A stretch of 52,934 bases of DNA from Blastocatellia bacterium (GCA_046155425.1 JBJXFM010000887.1:1-52934); one strand, 5' to 3'; shown: positions 1-10,003, numbered from the stretch's first letter. The notes: a model not told the origin generated them from the sequence alone. Program-made: numbers and translations.

Positions 1-1536
1 AACACGCGGCGTAATTTCGAAGTGCGCGCGTCCAACGATCCCGCCTTCGCCAGTTCGGTCCTGCTGGGCAGGCAGGGCGCGGAACCACATCCTTTTCAGC
101 GGCCGTGGCAGATCAATGTCACGGACGCCAGGACCTTTCGTTATGTGCGCATCCGCAAAACCAGCGTGGATGCCGACGAATACGGGCAGGAATATTTCAA
201 CCTGTCCGAAGTACGTGTCTTCTCGGCGGAAAACACCCCGGCGGATGCCTTGTCGGGTGAAAAGCCAATCCCCGTGACGGATCTGCGCTCCGGTGTGGTC
301 AGCGCCGGCCAGACATTGAAATTCCAGCTTGCCGCGCAGGACCTGTGCGGAGCCGCGTTGCGGCATCGCATCAGCGAGCTGCCGGCCAATGCCACATTCG
401 ACGCCACGACCGCGACATTTTCCTTCACGCCCGCGGCCACCCAGGCCGGACAGACATTTCAGATTTCGATTCGTTCCAGCGACACCGTCGAGGAAATTGT
501 CACGACGGTGGATTTCAGCGTCGCGATCGCCGGCGCGCCGCGCGTAACCCTGCTGACTCCCGCCACGACAAACCGGCTGACACTGGGACAAAAAACGCTT
601 GTCACCTGGCAGACAAACACGGACGCCGCCGTCACGAAATTCCAGATCAGACTTTCCACCGATGGCGGTGTTACATACCCGACAATCCTTGGCGAAGCGC
701 CGGGCAATGCGCGGCAATTTGAATGGCTGGTCGATGGCGACAAAGCCGCGTTGCGGAAATCACAGGCGCGCCTGCTGGTCGTGGCCATCGACAGCCTGAA
801 CCGCGCCGGAATGGACAGCACGGACAGGAATCTGGAAATTGCCGACCTCATGGCCGTCACCTCGGCCGCCAGTTTCCGCCCCGAAGCGCTGGCCCCCGGG
901 GCCATGGCCACGATCTTCGGTCCCGATTTATGCCGGGAAAGCGGCGGCGCCGAGAGCCTGCCTCTGCCCACGGAAATCCGTGGCGCGCATATCGATTTCA
1001 TTGACAGCCTGGGTCAGCTTTTCCGCGCGCCTCTGTTCTATGTCAGTCCGCAACAAATCAATTTCCTCATCCCGGAGGGCGCCGCCACGGGCGTCGCCAC
1101 CGTTACCGTATTCGGGTCGCAGGGCGAAATCTCGGAAAGCCAGGTCAGCGTGCAACGCGCTGCGCCCGCCATCTTCACAGTCAATGCCAGCGGGGCTGGC
1201 GATGCCATCGTCATTTCAACAGCGGACGGCGTGCGCTATGAAAGCGGCGCCGTCCGACAAAACCCGGCCACGGACGTTTATGTCATCGTGTTCGGAACGG
1301 GATGGCGCAATAGCGCAATAAGCGCCACGACCAGTGATCCCGCCGCCGGCGACCGTGTCACGCTTGACATCGACGGACAGGAATTTCCCTGGCTGTATGC
1401 GGGAAAACAGGGCGAATATGTGGGTCTGGATCAGATGAATTTCAAATTACCACAGGCCATGACACCCGGCGTGCATTCACTGGTCATTCGGGTCGGGCAG
1501 CAAATCAGCAATACCACGACCTTGCGTGTGTATTGA
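1..1536 (+). CDS. Large extracellular protein, 5' truncated by the window edge: discoidin/F5-8-like end, Ig-like domains and a TIGR03437-like (Solibacter-type) C-terminal domain
   Basis: Frame is open from base 1. Motifs FRYVRI...FNLSEVRVF (discoidin end), LPANATFD...FSFTP (He_PIG-like), then VTSAASF...LAPGAMATIFG...PLFYVSPQQINFLIP...PAIFT...FGTG...GLDQMNF. Confidence 0.8.
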   Translation, partial: NTRRNFEVRASNDPAFASSVLLGRQGAEPHPFQRPWQINVTDARTFRYVRIRKTSVDADEYGQEYFNLSEVRVFSAENTPADALSGEKPIPVTDLRSGVVSAGQTLKFQLAAQDLCGAALRHRISELPANATFDATTATFSFTPAATQAGQTFQISIRSSDTVEEIVTTVDFSVAIAGAPRVTLLTPATTNRLTLGQKTLVTWQTNTDAAVTKFQIRLSTDGGVTYPTILGEAPGNARQFEWLVDGDKAALRKSQARLLVVAIDSLNRAGMDSTDRNLEIADLMAVTSAASFRPEALAPGAMATIFGPDLCRESGGAESLPLPTEIRGAHIDFIDSLGQLFRAPLFYVSPQQINFLIPEGAATGVATVTVFGSQGEISESQVSVQRAAPAIFTVNASGAGDAIVISTADGVRYESGAVRQNPATDVYVIVFGTGWRNSAISATTSDPAAGDRVTLDIDGQEFPWLYAGKQGEYVGLDQMNFKLPQAMTPGVHSLVIRVGQQISNTTTLRVY

Positions 1537-1565
1537 CCCTGCCGGCAAATCAGGAAGAAAGAAGG

Positions 1566-1597
1566 AAGGCGCGCTGGCACGGCTGGCGCGCCTTTTT
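1566..1597 (+). terminator. Intrinsic terminator between convergent genes
   Basis: AAGGCGCGCTGGC-ACG-GCTGGCGCGCCTT stem (two G-U pairs) followed by a T run, 30 bp after the stop at 1536. Confidence 0.75.
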
Positions 1598-1614
1598 GCG
1601 TGTGGGCAGACGAC

Positions 1615-2154
1615 TCAGACGTATTTCCCGGCGATGTACAACAGAATCATCAGCGCGAGGGAAACCAGCAACATAATGCCTGTCGCCATCAACAGACGGT
1701 CATGACGTGGATTTGAGGTGGCGGGCATCGTGCCGGTGAAAAACTCCGGCTCAACAGGATCCAGTGTCGCCCGCCGCCGGTAATCGGGGGGACGCTCCGG
1801 TTGTTTTTTCCGGACAGCGGACATTGTCTGCGCCTGATATTCGACGGGCGGATTGACGGACGGAATGACAGGCGCGCTGGCCTGCGCGGGTGGTGGCGGT
1901 TCAAATACGACTTTTTGCACGGGGCGCATGCGCGGCCGCGTGGCCATGTCATCCTCCAGGATTTCATCCCACTGCGACCATGTCTGTCCATCGTCTTCGG
2001 GCGGCGCCGGAAGTGTTTCCGCGCGGCGCGGATTGCGCCCCGCGGCGGAACCGGAGGGCTGCGAATCGGCGAAACGCTGGCGGATTATGTGGCCACACTG
2101 ATTACAGAATCGCGCTGAGTCCCTGAGTTGTGCGCCGCATTCCTGGCAAAACAT
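1615..2154 (-). CDS. Zinc-ribbon domain protein with Pro-rich linker and C-terminal transmembrane helix
   Basis: MFCQECG...FCNQCG double CxxC at the N-terminus; hydrophobic C-terminus LLMATGIMLLVSLALMILLYIAG. Confidence 0.8.
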   Translation of the reverse strand: MFCQECGAQLRDSARFCNQCGHIIRQRFADSQPSGSAAGRNPRRAETLPAPPEDDGQTWSQWDEILEDDMATRPRMRPVQKVVFEPPPPAQASAPVIPSVNPPVEYQAQTMSAVRKKQPERPPDYRRRATLDPVEPEFFTGTMPATSNPRHDRLLMATGIMLLVSLALMILLYIAGKYV

Positions 2155-2230
2155 ATGATCTGGTCCGACGGGGACGAGGTTTCAGCCACGAGCTTACAAT
2201 AAGGGCAGGCCGCGCCGACAGCATTTTCTC

Positions 2231-3649
2231 TTACTTTTTGTCCGTGACTGGTGTTTTTGGGGGCGCCTCGGCAATGAGTTTTGCCACCTGTTTATCGAGC
2301 TGACGCCAGTTTCCCGTGCCACGCCGCAACAGACGCACATGACCGGACCGGTCAATCAGGACCATGGTCGGCAGGGAAATCACGCCAAAATTCTGATCGT
2401 TGGTCAGATCATCCTCGCGGGAAACGGCGAGGGGAAAACCGAGGTTGTACCGTTTTGCATAATCGGCCAGGCTGGTCAGTTCCTTTTCCCGCGACAAATC
2501 CTCTTCCTTGTCCGAGCGACCATAAAACCGGGTCATCCCGAGCACAAGAAAGCCCTTGCTTCCATACTTTGTCTGCAATTCATTGAGGCGCGGATAGGCT
2601 TCCGGACAGGCGGCGCTCCACATGGCCTGAAAATTCAGCAGGAGGACCTTCTCGCGAAAATCATCGGTTTTGTACGGCGTCCCCACCCATTGCGCCAGCC
2701 GCAACCCCGGCGAGGGTGAATTGATCAGGTTTACGGCATTGAGTTCCGAGCGAAAAATGGCAAGCAGGCGATCATTGTTGGCAAAATCCATCTGCTCGGC
2801 GCGTTGCCGGAATCCGGTGGCCAGCGAGGGCCTTCCCAACCGGTGCAGCGAAACAAAGACCTGCGCCGCCAGCGTGGCGTAATCGTAATCACGCGCATCA
2901 CGATACAGCGGGTCCATCAGCCGCGTCTCGCCCAGTTGCGGAATCAGATTGAATCCGGCGCGGGCGTATTTTTCCGCTTTGACATAGTCGCCACGATTAA
3001 AAAAAGTCTGCGCCAGATCCTTGTGCAACGCGATCCGGGACACGGTCAGCAACAAATACCCACGGCGGAAAAAAGGCGCGGCACGGTCCAGCGCATCCTG
3101 CGCCGCCGCCGCTTCCTCTGGTTTTTCCGCGTCGAGCAGCACACGCACCAGACTGGCCATGGCGCTCAGCCGCTTGTCGTTCTTTTTCTCGTCCTGCTTT
3201 TCATCCCGCTGATTGGCCGCCAGCCATGCCCGCAGGGCCACCGCCGCCTGATCAAACAACTCGCCGCGCTGATACAGACTGGCCAGCGCGTGCAGCTCAT
3301 CGCCCTGCCAGTCAGTCATTTTGTATTGCGACGCCAGCTGGCCGGTTTGCCGGATGAGGTCCTCGACCCGCGTGTCGAACTGCGCCTGCGTGATTTTCTG
3401 ATTGCCCAGATCACGCGAGAGGTTGTCGACATCCTTTGAGATTCGCTTCAGCGCCTCGGTGGGTTTTGCGCCCTGCGATATGGCGGAAAAAACCGGTGTG
3501 AAAAACGCGAGCCACAGAAAAAAAACCGCCACCACGCCGGGCAGCGCGGTGGCGGTTTTTTTCACAATTTTGCCCTGTGTGTCAGGCCGGACCTGGACAG
3601 CCCGCGACGGGGCAGACTGGTCCGCGGGATTCTGAATATGATTTCGCAT
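2231..3649 (-). CDS. Exported TPR-like + TlpA/ResA-like redoxin protein with atypical SxxC site
   Basis: Strong SD (GGGAGG), N-terminal hydrophobic segment, helical middle region, C-terminal thioredoxin fold KVLLLNFQAMWSAACP...FGVISLPTMVLIDRSGHVR. Confidence 0.8.
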   Translation of the reverse strand: MRNHIQNPADQSAPSRAVQVRPDTQGKIVKKTATALPGVVAVFFLWLAFFTPVFSAISQGAKPTEALKRISKDVDNLSRDLGNQKITQAQFDTRVEDLIRQTGQLASQYKMTDWQGDELHALASLYQRGELFDQAAVALRAWLAANQRDEKQDEKKNDKRLSAMASLVRVLLDAEKPEEAAAAQDALDRAAPFFRRGYLLLTVSRIALHKDLAQTFFNRGDYVKAEKYARAGFNLIPQLGETRLMDPLYRDARDYDYATLAAQVFVSLHRLGRPSLATGFRQRAEQMDFANNDRLLAIFRSELNAVNLINSPSPGLRLAQWVGTPYKTDDFREKVLLLNFQAMWSAACPEAYPRLNELQTKYGSKGFLVLGMTRFYGRSDKEEDLSREKELTSLADYAKRYNLGFPLAVSREDDLTNDQNFGVISLPTMVLIDRSGHVRLLRRGTGNWRQLDKQVAKLIAEAPPKTPVTDKK

Positions 3650-3733
3650 CGGCGCCTCCCTTGTTGGAATCGATTTCGCGAAATCATTCTATGCGCGGCG
3701 TCCTGCCGTCGCAAGATTCAGACATCCGGCCAC

Positions 3734-5485
3734 TCACCGGGAATAGTATCCGCGCCTTGTTCTGGCCGTGGAATCCGGACGCGCAACTTCCACCTTGATA
3801 TTGCGCCATTTCCCGCTGTTTGCGTCCGCCGCCGAATCATAGGCCAGGCTGTAAAGCTGCCGCAGTTCGGTCGCCACGCGGTCATAGGCGTCGGCGAGAT
3901 CTTCGGCGCGTGTCGCCGTGAACATGGTTCCACCGCTCTGATCGGCAATCTCTTCCATCTGCATGCGCGCGACAACATAGCCCGCGCGCTTACCGGAATT
4001 GCCGGAATTGCCGAAAAACATCGACAGGCGTCCGAGTTTGTTTTCCGTATCGAAATAGATGGGATAGACCGTCACCTCCTCGGCCGAGATCCGGCGGGCC
4101 ATCTCCCTGTATTCCGGCAGGTCGGAATCGGCATTCCATTGCAGCACGTTATCCACGCCATCAGTCAGCACGACAATCACACGCCGCTGATGGCTCGCCT
4201 TGCGCAACAAATCAAGAGAGGTGCCCATGGCGCGGAAATATTCCGTGCCGCCGCCCTTGTGTTCGATGGAATCAATGGCCTGCCGCAGCTTCGCCTTGTC
4301 CGTGACAAACGGCGTGGCAAGTCTGAATTTACCGGAAAACGTGCCGACGGCGATCTGTGTATCGCCGCTCAGCGCATCGACAAACCGCGTGGCCGCGGCT
4401 TTCATATCCTTGATTTTCTTTTCCGTGCTGCCACTCAGATCCAGCAACATCACCAGGCTGATCGGCGCATTGACCGGAGCGAAATGCGCGATCTCCTGGC
4501 GAACGCCGTCTTCATACACCACGAAGTCCTGCTGCTTCAGGTTCGAAATCGGCAAACCATTCGCCGCGACAGCGCGCACATTCAGGTTCACAAGACGTGT
4601 CTCGACCCTGATGGCCTCGTTGTTTTTAGCTTTGCCGGTGTCAGCTGTGGAAGCAGGCGGGGGAGGATTCTCATCGGTTTCGCCGGCGTCGGTTCTTTTC
4701 GCCGTTTCCGTGGCGGCGCCCGATGGCGCGGTCGCGGGCGGAGTGGTCTCCGGCGGCGCCGAGACGACAGGTGGCGTTCCGTCGGCGGGTTTGGCGCTCT
4801 CGCCGTTTTCCAGCACCGACAAATCCGCGCTGTATTTGCTTTCGCGCCGCCGCGCACTGACCGCCTGCGCGCCCGCGCCCGTGGCGCCCGCCGCCGGGGC
4901 CGACGTACGCGCGCCGGAAGCGATGGCGATGCCAGGCAGCCCTCCCGTGGGATTCGATCCCTTCAATCCACCCAGGGAAATCCCCAGCAGGCGGGGGTTT
5001 TCGATGAACTGCGCGACTTTGTCGGGATTGACCTTCACTTCCGCGACGATCGCTTCGTTGTGCTCGAACACGACCACGGCAAAGGTCACGTCTTTACCGT
5101 TTGGCCGTGCATAGGCGTATACCCGGCTGGAGCCATCACGCTTTGAATTCATCTGGGCCAGCGGCGTCCAGCCTTTGGTATAGGCCTGGCTCATGACCGA
5201 TTTAAAGGACAACTCGCCCGGGCGGGGCGAAAAATCGCGCCCCTCGTAAATGGCCAGCTTGAATCCCTTGACGCCGGCCGGACGAATCAGTTTCACGGCA
5301 ACCCCCGCCAGCCCGAGAAAGGGGATTCTGGTGCGGCGCGCCTGGTAATTTTTCTCGATGTGTTTCGTAACGGCCTTGAATTCCTTGTCCTTCGCCAGGG
5401 CGTCTGAAACCGGCGCGAGCAGAAGGGCCACGAGAACCGCCGCCATTACGCGAATTGCGAATCCGGAAAGACAATGACCGCGCAT
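3734..5485 (-). CDS. Exported fusion protein: N-terminal uncharacterised domain, Pro/Ala/Thr linker, acidobacterial VWA domain (TIGR03436-like)
   Basis: Signal peptide; IRVETRLVNLNV...NLKQQDFVVYEDGVRQEI, MIDAS DLSGS, VVLTDG, C-terminal RTRRGYY. Confidence 0.85.
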   Translation of the reverse strand: MRGHCLSGFAIRVMAAVLVALLLAPVSDALAKDKEFKAVTKHIEKNYQARRTRIPFLGLAGVAVKLIRPAGVKGFKLAIYEGRDFSPRPGELSFKSVMSQAYTKGWTPLAQMNSKRDGSSRVYAYARPNGKDVTFAVVVFEHNEAIVAEVKVNPDKVAQFIENPRLLGISLGGLKGSNPTGGLPGIAIASGARTSAPAAGATGAGAQAVSARRRESKYSADLSVLENGESAKPADGTPPVVSAPPETTPPATAPSGAATETAKRTDAGETDENPPPPASTADTGKAKNNEAIRVETRLVNLNVRAVAANGLPISNLKQQDFVVYEDGVRQEIAHFAPVNAPISLVMLLDLSGSTEKKIKDMKAAATRFVDALSGDTQIAVGTFSGKFRLATPFVTDKAKLRQAIDSIEHKGGGTEYFRAMGTSLDLLRKASHQRRVIVVLTDGVDNVLQWNADSDLPEYREMARRISAEEVTVYPIYFDTENKLGRLSMFFGNSGNSGKRAGYVVARMQMEEIADQSGGTMFTATRAEDLADAYDRVATELRQLYSLAYDSAADANSGKWRNIKVEVARPDSTARTRRGYYSR

Positions 5486-5490
5486 ACAGC

Positions 5491-6075
5491 TTATTTACCT
5501 CCCTTGCGAGTCCTGATTTTGGCCTTGTCGACGCCGCCGAAATCAAGATCGATATCGGGAATGCCGAAACGGCCACGCAGCTGTGTGATTTTTTCCGGGT
5601 CAATCGGCCCGACCACATTGACGATAAAAACTTCCTTTGGCGACCAGACCAGCACGCCGATGCCGGTGATTTTCTCGTCGCGGACCATGAGGCAGACCTC
5701 GACATTGTCGCCGCTGCGTTTGCTGCGTACGCCGGCGATACGATCCCAGCCCGGGGCGCGCAGCTGATTGCGAATGGGTTCAATGTCGCTGTCGCTGAAC
5801 TCGCCTTCCTTGTCAAAGGTCACGCCTTTGACATAAACACCCTCGAGCGCGGACATGATTTCGCGGATGGCCGCTTCCTCGGGTTTGTTGTTCGAGAGAA
5901 ATTTCGACGCCAGCTTGATCAGCGAGCTGTCCAGCGTCACATCGATGGTTTCCGCGGCTTTCGGAAACAGGCTTTCAATACTGTCGATCTGCAGCCGCTG
6001 CGCCCGCGCGGGCACGGCGGAGCAGATCACGAACAGAAAAACCGGCAACATAAATTTCAGGCGTGACTTGTTCAT
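5491..6075 (-). CDS. DUF4252 family exported protein
   Basis: Signal peptide ending ARA-Q; KAAETIDVTLD...LEGVYV...FDKEGEFS...IRNQLRAPGW...IVNVVGPIDPEKI pattern; paralog of the next gene. Confidence 0.75.
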   Translation of the reverse strand: MNKSRLKFMLPVFLFVICSAVPARAQRLQIDSIESLFPKAAETIDVTLDSSLIKLASKFLSNNKPEEAAIREIMSALEGVYVKGVTFDKEGEFSDSDIEPIRNQLRAPGWDRIAGVRSKRSGDNVEVCLMVRDEKITGIGVLVWSPKEVFIVNVVGPIDPEKITQLRGRFGIPDIDLDFGGVDKAKIRTRKGGK

Positions 6076-6092
6076 AACATCCTCCCATCGGG

Positions 6093-6704
6093 TTATTTCT
6101 TGTCTGATTTTCTGCTGGTAATGCTTTTTAATTCCAGTTTGGGCAAACCCAGCCGGCCATCGAGCTGACTGAGTTTTTCGAGATCAACCGGGCCGACAAT
6201 ATTGACCACGACCAGCTCTTTGGGCTCGGCGGCGAGAATGGTCAGCCCCAGCATCTGCTCGCCTTCGTACATGGTGTGCACCTCGACCTTCATTCCCTCG
6301 CGTTTACTGATAAATCCCACCAGCCGCGACCAGCCCGGCGCACGCAGCTGCGAACGCACGGGTTCGATATCGGCCGTGTCATACTCACCGGCCTTTTCAA
6401 ACTGATACACACGCACATAGATGCCCTGCAGGCCATTGATCAGGGACTTGACGGCGGCCTCCTCGGGATCGTTGTCCTTCAGAAATTTCGCGGCCATTTT
6501 CAGGGTTCGCTGATCAACATTGACCTCGACCACCTCACTGGCCTTGTCGGCCAGCTTGTCGAAATCAATCTGTATCCGCGCCTTTGACGGTCCCTGCGCG
6601 AGCGCCATGCCGGGTAGTAAAACAAGCAGCAAAGCGAGGCAGGCAAACGCCCGGTCAATGCCGCGATCCTGATTCTTTATGGACAACTTCATGTGTGACC
6701 CCAT
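6093..6704 (-). CDS. DUF4252 family exported protein
   Basis: Signal peptide; KASEVVEVNVD...LQGIYVRVYQFEKAGEY...VRSQLRAPGW...VVNIVGPVDLEKL. Alternative start at 6692. Confidence 0.75.
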   Translation of the reverse strand: MGSHMKLSIKNQDRGIDRAFACLALLLVLLPGMALAQGPSKARIQIDFDKLADKASEVVEVNVDQRTLKMAAKFLKDNDPEEAAVKSLINGLQGIYVRVYQFEKAGEYDTADIEPVRSQLRAPGWSRLVGFISKREGMKVEVHTMYEGEQMLGLTILAAEPKELVVVNIVGPVDLEKLSQLDGRLGLPKLELKSITSRKSDKK

Positions 6705-7130
6705 TTATCTTGTTCCGGTCGCCCGGCCCGAGGTGTTTTCCGGCCCGATTCCCGCCCCGACATGTCCGTCCCCGGAATCCGGCCGCTCCGAGACGGCGGC
6801 GATCTTTTGTTTCGCGCGGTTGAGTTTGCTGCTGGCGATCTGAAACGCAAACATCACCTGCGCCCGCGCCAGCTCACCCTCGGCCCGCAATCGTTCCTGC
6901 CGCTGGCGGAACACGGTCAGACCGGCCATGACCAGCAAACAGGCCAGCGCCCCGGCCATGGCGAAACGCACGGACGGCAGGCGAAACATCGCGAGGAAAC
7001 GCGTCCATGGCGTGATCCGCGCCGGCAATTCGGCCACCTGGGCCAGCACGCGGTCCGCGAAATCCGGCGGCGCCTCGCGGCGGCGCAACGCGCTTTTCAA
7101 CTGGTTCTCAAGATCAACTGAATGATTCAT
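6705..7130 (-). CDS. Putative single-pass anti-sigma factor
   Basis: Directly downstream of the ECF sigma gene; LENQLKSALRRREAPPDFADRVL N-terminus, one TM helix, short C-terminal helix. Start chosen at ATG 7130 behind GGAG. Confidence 0.7.
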   Translation of the reverse strand: MNHSVDLENQLKSALRRREAPPDFADRVLAQVAELPARITPWTRFLAMFRLPSVRFAMAGALACLLVMAGLTVFRQRQERLRAEGELARAQVMFAFQIASSKLNRAKQKIAAVSERPDSGDGHVGAGIGPENTSGRATGTR

Positions 7131-7144
7131 ATGATGGCAACTCC

Positions 7145-7693
7145 CTATGAACGCTCCTCGGCGGGGCCCGGGCAATGCGCGAGTTTTTCCCGCAACATCA
7201 CGAGGGCGCGCTGCAGATAGCTTTTCACGGTATTCAGCGGCATTTCGAGTATTTCCGCGATTTCGCCCGGGTCCAGATCTTCCTGATACCGCATGACGAT
7301 CACCAGCCGCTGTTTTTCCGGCAGCGCGGCCACATACCGCCGCAGTTTGCGCGACAGCATGGGATCCGGCATCGAAGCCGGGATGCGAAACGCCTCCGGG
7401 ACATCGGCGCCCTCGGTCATTTCATCCAGGCTCATTTGCAGATGCAGACCGAACTTCTGCCGCCGCGCGTAATCGATACAGCGATTGCTGGCGACACGGC
7501 GCAGCCAGAATTTCATGTGCTCCGGCGATTTAATGGACGAAAGATTCTGATAGAGACTGAGGAATACTTCCTGGGCCAGCTCTTCGGCCAGGGCGTGATC
7601 GTGTAGAAAGTGATACGCCAGACTGAGCACCATTGACTGATGTTCACGCACGATGTCGGCGAATCCGGTTTGTGAATTTCCTGTCAGCCTCAC
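7145..7693 (-). CDS. ECF RNA polymerase sigma-70 factor
   Basis: Region 2 AEELAQEVFL...WLRRVASNRCIDYAR; region 4 LPEKQRLVIVMRY...EIAEILEMPLNTVKSYLQRA; 182 aa. Confidence 0.93.
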   Translation of the reverse strand: MRLTGNSQTGFADIVREHQSMVLSLAYHFLHDHALAEELAQEVFLSLYQNLSSIKSPEHMKFWLRRVASNRCIDYARRQKFGLHLQMSLDEMTEGADVPEAFRIPASMPDPMLSRKLRRYVAALPEKQRLVIVMRYQEDLDPGEIAEILEMPLNTVKSYLQRALVMLREKLAHCPGPAEERS

Positions 7694-7818
7694 CTGTCAA
7701 GCTCCGGTGGCACGCGGAAACCGCTGTTCCAGTTACTGCTTATGTTTTGTCTTTCACTGACTAATACGCAGGCGGGGGTGGGACAGAATGCAGAATTTTT
7801 GTTTTTTTTGCGGACGTG

Positions 7819-8790
7819 TCACCAGGCAAGGCCGATGCCGGCGCGACCGGAATGTTCCTGAATGCGCGCGAGGACCTCGGTGGCAAGGGCCAGCGCGCGG
7901 CGTCCGTCCGCGCCGGTGACCGCGGGAACCTCCCGATTGCGCACGGCGGTGGCAAAGGATTCGATTTCGGCGAGCAGGGGTTCACGGCGGGTGATATCCA
8001 GAGCGCCCGCGACGATTTCCGGACGCGTGGCTGTCCCGGAGGGCGGAATCAACTGGCAGCGGGCGACCGATTGTTCGGCGTAATCCAGCGAGTAATATTC
8101 GCCGGGCTGAAACATCCGCAGTTTGCGCATCCGCTCGCCGGCCACGCGGCTGGCCGTGATGTTGGCGACACAACCATTGGCGAATTCCAGCCGCGCGTTG
8201 GCCAGATCGATTTTCGGCGTGAGGATCGGAATGCCGACGGCGTCAAGCTTCACGACTTCGCTGTGGACGAGGGACAAAATGATGTCCAGTTCGTGGACCA
8301 TCAGATCCATGACGACATCAATGTCCAGCGAACGCGGGGTAAAAACGCCGAGACGATGCGCCTCGAAGAAAAACGGTTTCGTCACCCTTGTCCGCAGCGC
8401 CTGAAACGCCGGATTGAACCGCTCGATGTGCCCGACCTGCAAAACAAGGCCCCGGTCACGGGCAAGGGAAATCATTTCATCCGCCGCGGCCACGCTGTGG
8501 GAAATGGGCTTTTCCACCAGCGCGTGAATGCCGGCTTCCAGGCAGGCGCAGGCGATTTCGTGATGGCTGATGGTTGGCGTGGCGATACTGACCGCCTCGA
8601 TTTCCCCGAGCAGTTCCCGGTAATCCTCCACAAACCGCGTCTGGTATTTTTCGGCGATAGCCTGGCCAGCGGCGTGGTTCGTGTCGCAGACGGCAACCAG
8701 CTCGATTTCACCAAGAGAGGCATGAACGCGGGCGTGTTCACGGCCCAGGTGGCCGGTCCCGATCACGGCGGTCTTCAGGGGTCTGTTCAT
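7819..8790 (-). CDS. Gfo/Idh/MocA family oxidoreductase (GnnA-like sugar-nucleotide dehydrogenase possible)
   Basis: VIGTGHLG Rossmann motif, LVEKP, VGHIERFNPAF, DLMVHELD. Confidence 0.88.
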   Translation of the reverse strand: MNRPLKTAVIGTGHLGREHARVHASLGEIELVAVCDTNHAAGQAIAEKYQTRFVEDYRELLGEIEAVSIATPTISHHEIACACLEAGIHALVEKPISHSVAAADEMISLARDRGLVLQVGHIERFNPAFQALRTRVTKPFFFEAHRLGVFTPRSLDIDVVMDLMVHELDIILSLVHSEVVKLDAVGIPILTPKIDLANARLEFANGCVANITASRVAGERMRKLRMFQPGEYYSLDYAEQSVARCQLIPPSGTATRPEIVAGALDITRREPLLAEIESFATAVRNREVPAVTGADGRRALALATEVLARIQEHSGRAGIGLAW

Positions 8791-8896
8791 ACACGGGGTC
8801 GGTAACGAAGTTCAGTTTTTGTTTTATGGAAACGACAGAAGGAATCTTCGCTATTCCGGCGGGATGTTGCAAGGCGGGATCAAAAGAGAGCGCGGG

Positions 8897-10003
8897 TCAG
8901 GACTGTTGGTGACTGAGCAGCTGTTCCAACCGCAGCTTGTCGAGGATCAGGCTGGCCTGGTCAGCCAGAATCATGATTTCATTCTGGCCGCCCTGGCCTA
9001 CGACACCCGGATCGTTCTGGCCATAGATGACATAAACCGGGCGCGAGCCGCAATTGACCGGGATAATGAACCCCGAGTAATCCCGCGGTTCGACGCCCAG
9101 GCGGTTGATGATATTGGTGTGCCAGCCTTCCTCCAGCATCCGGCCGACATAGGGTTTACTGGTGAGGATGACGCGGCTGAGCGCGGCGAAGGGTTGCCAC
9201 GAAAACCGGATGTCACGCACCTCGGCGTCATAATTTTTCGTGTTCTCGTTATGATGAAACCCGAATTGTCCGAGGCCGTACAGTTCAGTACCCCGCACGC
9301 CGAAGAGAATGCCGCGGCCGGCGATTTCACTGGCGAAACGCATAATCAGCAGGCTGACCTCGGCCTCGAAGGAAATACGGCGCAATTCCGCCAGGTAGGC
9401 ATAGAGCAATTCGGAGAGCTTTTGCTCGCTGGCGACGCTTTTTTCCGGCTGCCGCCCGGACGTATGTTGCAGCAGGACATCGTCTGCTTCCTGCTCGCGC
9501 GATTTTTCGCGCGACATTTCCCGGTCCCTGGAGCCGCTGGCGTCACGACGTTCTTCATCCAGTTCGCGGGCGGTATCGATGAGGACCTCGGTAATGTCCA
9601 GGCCCGTGGATAACCTGATCTCGCCATTGGGCAGCTCGATTTCCGACTGATTGACATCAATCCAGAACCGGCCTTTTTCCTGCCCCACCAGCCTGGCGAT
9701 CACGGCGCGAATGTGCCGCGCGGCCACCCACTCGACGTCGGCGACTGGTTCCGCGCCCGCCGTTAAAAAACCACTTGTCCGTTCCGTGGCAAGGATCCGC
9801 GCCAGCTTTTCCTGGGCCATGCGCGAAGCCATGGTTTCCCCCGGAGACATTGCGGCATAGGTAATGCGACCATGTTCGGTAAAAATCTTTCCGGCAAAAT
9901 CCGTGCTCTCCAGCGACAGGACACAGTTTTTCTGTGTCAACGCGAGGATCTGCAGGATGTCCGCCAGCGCAAAATCAGTCAGATTTCCGGAAAGATGTTC
10001 CAT
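8897..10003 (-). CDS. DUF4388 (PATAN) domain protein with C-terminal GAF-like region
   Basis: LSGNLTDFALADILQILALTQKNCVLSL...GKIFTEHGRITYA is the DUF4388 N-terminal pattern; C-terminus FIIPVNCGSRPVYVIYG...LADQASLIL resembles GAF. Confidence 0.75.
   Translation of the reverse strand: MEHLSGNLTDFALADILQILALTQKNCVLSLESTDFAGKIFTEHGRITYAAMSPGETMASRMAQEKLARILATERTSGFLTAGAEPVADVEWVAARHIRAVIARLVGQEKGRFWIDVNQSEIELPNGEIRLSTGLDITEVLIDTARELDEERRDASGSRDREMSREKSREQEADDVLLQHTSGRQPEKSVASEQKLSELLYAYLAELRRISFEAEVSLLIMRFASEIAGRGILFGVRGTELYGLGQFGFHHNENTKNYDAEVRDIRFSWQPFAALSRVILTSKPYVGRMLEEGWHTNIINRLGVEPRDYSGFIIPVNCGSRPVYVIYGQNDPGVVGQGGQNEIMILADQASLILDKLRLEQLLSHQQS

Noticed and set aside
7763-7792. Autoregulatory ECF promoter (TGCATT-N18-CGTA on the minus strand)
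   Set aside because: Spacing and the -35 element match known ECF consensus poorly, and no second copy was found for support.
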